Below are positions 45,800-49,082 of a stretch of DNA of 49,082 nucleotides, piece after piece; the stretch's first letter is position 1, and every line of letters starts with the position of its first letter. The translations under genes were made by a program, and so were the position numbers. Source of the stretch: Spirochaetales bacterium. GTDB taxonomy: Bacteria > Spirochaetota > Spirochaetia > DSM-27196 > SLST01. The notes beneath the pieces are model-generated. The model saw nothing but the letters and a program-made list of their open reading frames with translations. It did no database searches and was not told the origin of the DNA. The stretch is from the NCBI GenBank assembly GCA_007130265.1, contig SLST01000469.1:1-49082 (forward strand), read 5' to 3'.

Positions 45800-46761
45800 T
45801 CCTGCTCCCGCCAGGCGAGCGCGGCCGAACCTACGATCACCGAGTCGTCGCCCAGTGAAGCAGCCACGAGCCCGACGTCGGAATCGATCATCGAATGCGC
45901 GCGCATGCTCTTCTCCACCGGCTTCAGGTAGAGATCCCCAAGCTTCTCGACGAGACCTCCGCCGACGATCACGAGATCCGGGTCGAAGATGTCAACGAGG
46001 CTTCCGAGCCCCACACCGAGGTACCAGGCGGCACGCTCGACGACTTCCACTACCGGTTTCTCACCTGCTTCCATCGCCTGCCTGATCAGCTTGCTCTTGA
46101 TCTTCGCGATGTCGGTGCCGGCCTTCTCCAGAACTGTCGGAGACTGCCCCTTCATCGCGAGGTGAACGAGATCCTTCGCGATGGCAGTCTTGGACGCGAC
46201 GGCCTCGAGGCACCCGTACTTCCCGCAGCCGCAGCGCCATCCGCCGGCATCGACGATCATGTGGCCGACCTCTCCGGCGCTGCCCGTACGGCCGCGGTAC
46301 AGCGTGCCGTCGATGATGATCCCTCCTCCGACGCCGGTCCCCGGGAAGACTCCGATCACGTTTTCGGCGTCCTTCGCAGCGCCCGCAACGAACTCCCCGT
46401 AGGTGCCGGCGTTCACGTCGTTCTCGAGCACCACCGGGACGCCGATCGCCTCCTCGAGTTTGTCCCGCAACGCATAGTCCTGCATGTCCACGTTCGGCAT
46501 GCTGATCACCCGTCCGGCTTCCCGGTCAATGGGTCCGGGTACCGCGATGCCGATCGCCGCGAGTTGCTTCGTCTTGGCGTCCGCCTCGTCGAGAGCTTCG
46601 TGAATCAGCGAGACGATCGCCTCGAGCGTCTCCTTGTTTCCGGCCCCGACGGGGGTGCGCACCTTGGCCTGCCCGCACGGCTCGTACTTCTCGTCGAGGA
46701 CCACCGCAAGCATCTTCGTGCCGCCCATGTCGAAGCCGATGACGCGATTCTTCTCTGCCAT
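45796..46761 (-). CDS. ROK-family sugar kinase (glucokinase-like)
   Basis: The ATG at 46761 is preceded by GGGGGAA. The sequence contains VIGFDMGGTKMLAVV, LENDVNAGTYGE, GTGVGGGIIIDG, GEVGHMIV and the zinc motif GWRCGCGKYGCLEAVAS. The stop overlaps the ppx ATG (ATGA). The 620-aa ORF-track version is an upstream extension across the opposite-strand gene. Confidence 0.88.
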   Translation of the reverse strand: MAEKNRVIGFDMGGTKMLAVVLDEKYEPCGQAKVRTPVGAGNKETLEAIVSLIHEALDEADAKTKQLAAIGIAVPGPIDREAGRVISMPNVDMQDYALRDKLEEAIGVPVVLENDVNAGTYGEFVAGAAKDAENVIGVFPGTGVGGGIIIDGTLYRGRTGSAGEVGHMIVDAGGWRCGCGKYGCLEAVASKTAIAKDLVHLAMKGQSPTVLEKAGTDIAKIKSKLIRQAMEAGEKPVVEVVERAAWYLGVGLGSLVDIFDPDLVIVGGGLVEKLGDLYLKPVEKSMRAHSMIDSDVGLVAASLGDDSVIVGSAALAWREQE

Positions 46762-46800
46762 TGGTTCCCCCGGCTTCAGTGTATCCGAATCTGCCGCCTC

Positions 46801-46816
46801 TGGCATCAGCTTTGCT
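46801..46816 (+). promoter_or_regulatory. Sigma-54 (RpoN) -24/-12 promoter
   Basis: The sequence is TGGCATCAGCTTTGCT. GG (46802-03) and GC (46814-15) are in the canonical register. It matches 10 of the 12 specified consensus positions. It lies 81 nt upstream of the GTG at 46897. Confidence 0.55.
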
Positions 46817-46896
46817 GCACGGATGTGTCTTCGAGCGCGCCCAGGGGCGCCGGGACCTCCCTTGCGCAGCGCCGACGGCTGAGGTAGGCTCTGCGG

Positions 46897-47844
46897 GTGG
46901 CACCGGCACGACACGGCGGCGTGGTGATCGGCAGGTTCATGCCTCCCCACGCCGGCCACCAGTACTTGATCGAGTTCGCGCGCTCCTATACCAGGGACCT
47001 CACGGTCTTCGTCTGTACGCTCGCCCACGAGCCCATCCCCGGGGAGCTCAGATTCGCGTGGATGTCGCGCCTCTTTCCTCACGTTCGACTCATCCACGTC
47101 ACCGAAGAGATCCCGCAGGCGTCCCGGTCGGAGGAAGGAGCGTACGCGATCTGGGCCAAGGCGATACGCCTCCGGCTCGAGGCCGACCCGCGGTACGTCT
47201 TCGCCTCCGAAGAGTACGGGCGCGATCTCGCGGCCGCGCTCGGCGCCGAGTACGTGCCGGTCGACCCGCGGCGGTCGGTGTTCCCGGTATCCGCCGGCGC
47301 GATCCGCGATGACCCGTTCGGCAACTGGACCCACGTGCCGCACGTCGTGCGCCCCTACTTCGCACGGAAGGTCGTCCTCCACGAACGATCCGGCACGCTC
47401 GCCGAAGAGCTTGCGCGCTCGTACGGCACGCTGTTCGCCACCGACTATCCCGCCTATCTTCGATCGCTCGGGGCCGACGCCGCGGTGATCGGCGGCCCCG
47501 CCGCGCTCGCGCGCGCGCAGTCGGCGAGTGAAGAGGCGCTCCTGCTGCAGGCGAACCGCGTCCTGTTCACGGCGACCGATCCGCTGCGAATCCTTACCGA
47601 TGCCGGAGTGAGGCCTGCCGATCGCGACGAGGTCATGGCGCAGCTCATCGCCGCTCACCCCTACCTTGCCCCCTCGCTCGTCGTCGCCGTGGAACCGGTC
47701 GGCGAGTCGTACCGTGACGCGATCGAGTGCTACGGATGGCCGCTCGCCTGCGTCGCGGACCGGAAGGCCGCGCGACGGCGCTGCGACCTGCAGCTCGAGG
47801 AGTGGCTCGGCCCCACCGGCTCGCCCGCCCGCCGGGTCGATTGA
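46897..47844 (+). CDS. NadR-type nicotinamide-nucleotide adenylyltransferase-like protein lacking the HTH and an intact kinase P-loop
   Basis: The cytidylyltransferase motif is GVVIGRFMPPHAGHQYLI, with the second motif VSAGAIRDDP. The C-terminal half aligns with the ribosylnicotinamide kinase domain, but HERSGT replaces the GxxxxGKS/T P-loop. Confidence 0.7.
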   Translation: MAPARHGGVVIGRFMPPHAGHQYLIEFARSYTRDLTVFVCTLAHEPIPGELRFAWMSRLFPHVRLIHVTEEIPQASRSEEGAYAIWAKAIRLRLEADPRYVFASEEYGRDLAAALGAEYVPVDPRRSVFPVSAGAIRDDPFGNWTHVPHVVRPYFARKVVLHERSGTLAEELARSYGTLFATDYPAYLRSLGADAAVIGGPAALARAQSASEEALLLQANRVLFTATDPLRILTDAGVRPADRDEVMAQLIAAHPYLAPSLVVAVEPVGESYRDAIECYGWPLACVADRKAARRRCDLQLEEWLGPTGSPARRVD

Positions 47845-47869
47845 CTTCCACGGGCCTGGGGGCTACTGT
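47841..47869 (+). promoter_or_regulatory. Sigma-70-type promoter TTGACT-17-TACTGT abutting the nfeD start codon
   Basis: TTGACT lies at 47841-47846 and contains the upstream TGA stop. A 17-nt spacer follows, then TACTGT (47864-47869), then 6 nt to the ATG at 47876. This predicts a leaderless transcript. Confidence 0.45.
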
Positions 47870-47875
47870 CACCCT

Positions 47876-48340
47876 ATGGGTCCGCTGATCTGGGCCATTT
47901 TTGGTCTCGCCCTCATTCTCGCCGAGTTCGCTATGCCGGAGTTTGTGGTATTCTTCTTTGGCGTAGGGGCGCTCTTGAACTCGGTTCTCACGGCGCTCAT
48001 CCCGGGGCTCGCCGCGAGTATCCCGCTTCAGATTGTCACCTGGCTCGGGCTGTCGGCGGCGACGCTCTTCTCGCTGCGACGGTACGTTGCCGCCTGGTTC
48101 AGAGGCCGGAAGTTCGTGGAGGACGACCAGAGCGACTGGGTCGGGCGCCGCGCGAAAGTCACGCAGGCCATCGCCCCGGACGCCCCCGGACGGATCAGTC
48201 TCAACGGCACGACCTGGGTCGCCGAGAGCTTCGACGAATCGTTCGAGGCGGGCGAGAAGGTAGAGGTTCTCCGGCGGGAGGGAACCCGGTTCTACGTGAC
48301 GAAGTCGTTGACCGGCCTGTCGCAGCTCGACGACGAGTGA
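47876..48340 (+). CDS. NfeD-family membrane protein
   Basis: MGPLIWAIFGLALILAEFAMPEFVVFFFGVGALL... provides the TM helices. The C-terminal OB-like segment is GRRAKVTQAIAPDAPGRISLNGTTWVAES...GEKVEVLRREGTRFYV. It sits directly upstream of an SPFH gene, which is the classic pairing. Confidence 0.85.
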   Translation: MGPLIWAIFGLALILAEFAMPEFVVFFFGVGALLNSVLTALIPGLAASIPLQIVTWLGLSAATLFSLRRYVAAWFRGRKFVEDDQSDWVGRRAKVTQAIAPDAPGRISLNGTTWVAESFDESFEAGEKVEVLRREGTRFYVTKSLTGLSQLDDE

Positions 48341-48391
48341 ATACGATGGCGCCGCTTGGGTAGTAGTCCATGAAGTGACCCTGGAGGGAAT

Positions 48392-49082
48392 ATGGGAATG
48401 CTGGGTTCGTATCTGTTGACGGCGGTCATCCTGGTCGCCTTCTTCATCGTCTTCTTCAAGCTGATCCGGATTGTGCCGGAACAGGAAGCTTGGATCGTCG
48501 AACAGTTTGGCAAATACAAGAAAACGCTCGGCCCGGGGCTGCACCTGGTGGTTCCGGTCGTGCAGAAAGTGGGGTACCAGAACATCCTCAAAGAAGAGGT
48601 CATCGACGTGCCGCCGCAGGTCTGCATCACGCACGACAACGCCCAGGTCGAGGTCGACGGAATCCTCTACATCCAGATCGTTGATCCGTACAAGGCGAGC
48701 TACGGGATCGACAACTACCGGTTCGCCGCCGCCCAACTCGCGCAGACCACGATGCGCAGCGAAATCGGGAAGATCGATCTCGACAACACCTTCAGCGAGC
48801 GCGACGCCATCAACGACGCGATCGTGCGGTCGGTCGACCAGGCCTCCGACTCATGGGGGATCAAGGTCACACGGTACGAGATCCGGGACATCACTCCCAC
48901 CGACTCCGCGCTCCAGGCAATGGAGCAACTCGTCATTGCCGAGCGCGAGAAACGGGCTGCGATCCTCGAGAGCGAGGGCAAACGCGAGTCGGGCATCAAC
49001 CGTTCGAAGGGGCGCCGGCAGCACCAGATCAACCTGTCGGAAGGTGAGCGTCAGCGACGGATCAACGAGTCCGAAGGACGCG
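48392..49082 (+). CDS. SPFH/band-7 (stomatin-like) protein, truncated by the right window edge
   Basis: This gene is not in the ORF track because it has no stop in the window. The ATG at 48392 is preceded by GGAGGG. My translation reads MGMLGSYLLTAVILVAFFIVFFKLIRIVPEQEAWIVEQFGKYKKTLGPGLHLVVP...DGILYIQIVDPYKASYGIDNY...TMRSEIGKIDLD...WGIKVTRYEIRDI. Confidence 0.88.
   Translation, partial: MGMLGSYLLTAVILVAFFIVFFKLIRIVPEQEAWIVEQFGKYKKTLGPGLHLVVPVVQKVGYQNILKEEVIDVPPQVCITHDNAQVEVDGILYIQIVDPYKASYGIDNYRFAAAQLAQTTMRSEIGKIDLDNTFSERDAINDAIVRSVDQASDSWGIKVTRYEIRDITPTDSALQAMEQLVIAEREKRAAILESEGKRESGINRSKGRRQHQINLSEGERQRRINESEGR

Noticed and set aside
46762-47658. N-terminal extensions of ORF-track ORFs. 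These are the ROK kinase to 47658, ggt to 18345, the GH3 gene to 5128, the fucosidase to 3536, 4734..4961, 6394..6480, 32870..32962, 35311..35403, 36904..36963, 39006..39086 and 42044..42331.
   Set aside because: The extensions overlap neighbouring genes, promoters or a terminator. They lack homology signal, and internal starts give proper signal peptides, lipoboxes or ribosome-binding sites.
1-49082. A search for CRISPR arrays, tRNA/rRNA genes, IS elements, integrases, toxin-antitoxin pairs or classic defence genes.
   Set aside because: I saw no direct-repeat arrays, cloverleaf-like segments, transposase or integrase motifs, or restriction, helicase or nuclease defence signatures by eye. 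The only nuclease is the housekeeping-type BFN/UVR protein. A computational scan (tRNAscan, CRISPR finder, defence-system HMMs) would be needed to be definitive.

Overview
This 49-kb window is high in G+C (roughly two-thirds by eye, not computed) and densely coding, and it looks like ordinary chromosome from a diderm bacterium. I support about 40 protein-coding genes. I recognised no rRNA, tRNA, CRISPR array, transposase, integrase or phage genes. The gene content resembles a free-living high-GC spirochaete: many lipoproteins and barrel-like envelope proteins, FecR-domain proteins without ECF sigma factors, an orphan EIIA-Ntr, a CHASE2 class III cyclase, a very long alpha-amylase-family protein beside malQ, and MoxR/DUF58. 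That taxonomic reading is inference only.

Layout from left to right:
- Glycan-degradation genes: GH1 (cut by the left edge), GH29 fucosidase and a GH3 lipoprotein.
- A low-GC divergent promoter patch carrying a near-consensus sigma-54 promoter.
- Envelope proteins of unknown function, including a DUF2259-like protein.
- A long minus-strand gene string: ggt, malQ, a 1159-aa amylase-family protein, an acyl-ACP thioesterase, a degenerate SDR-like protein and a DAACS transporter.
- A BNR/GHL putative glycosidase, then the MoxR, DUF58 and DUF4129 triad.
- A BFN nuclease, purL, an orphan EIIA-Ntr and lysA.
- A CHASE2 adenylate cyclase facing a four-gene operon (secreted protein, barrel-like protein, FecR protein, lipoprotein).
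- ykgJ-like and yjjG-like genes, then more envelope orphans.
- A minus-strand string: ROK kinase, ppx, ppk, lipoprotein, FecR protein, lipoprotein.
- A NadR-like gene behind a second sigma-54 promoter, and an NfeD/SPFH pair cut by the right edge.

The most interesting candidates for undescribed biology are:
- Two FecR-centred envelope modules that lack any sigma factor or TonB-dependent receptor partner. One is paired with the CHASE2 cyclase and the other is appended to the polyphosphate genes.
- The sigma-54 promoters.
- A 30-bp palindrome in the ggt / BNR-GHL divergent region.
- A recurring leaderless-type promoter architecture.

All family assignments come from motif recognition by eye. No database search was run.
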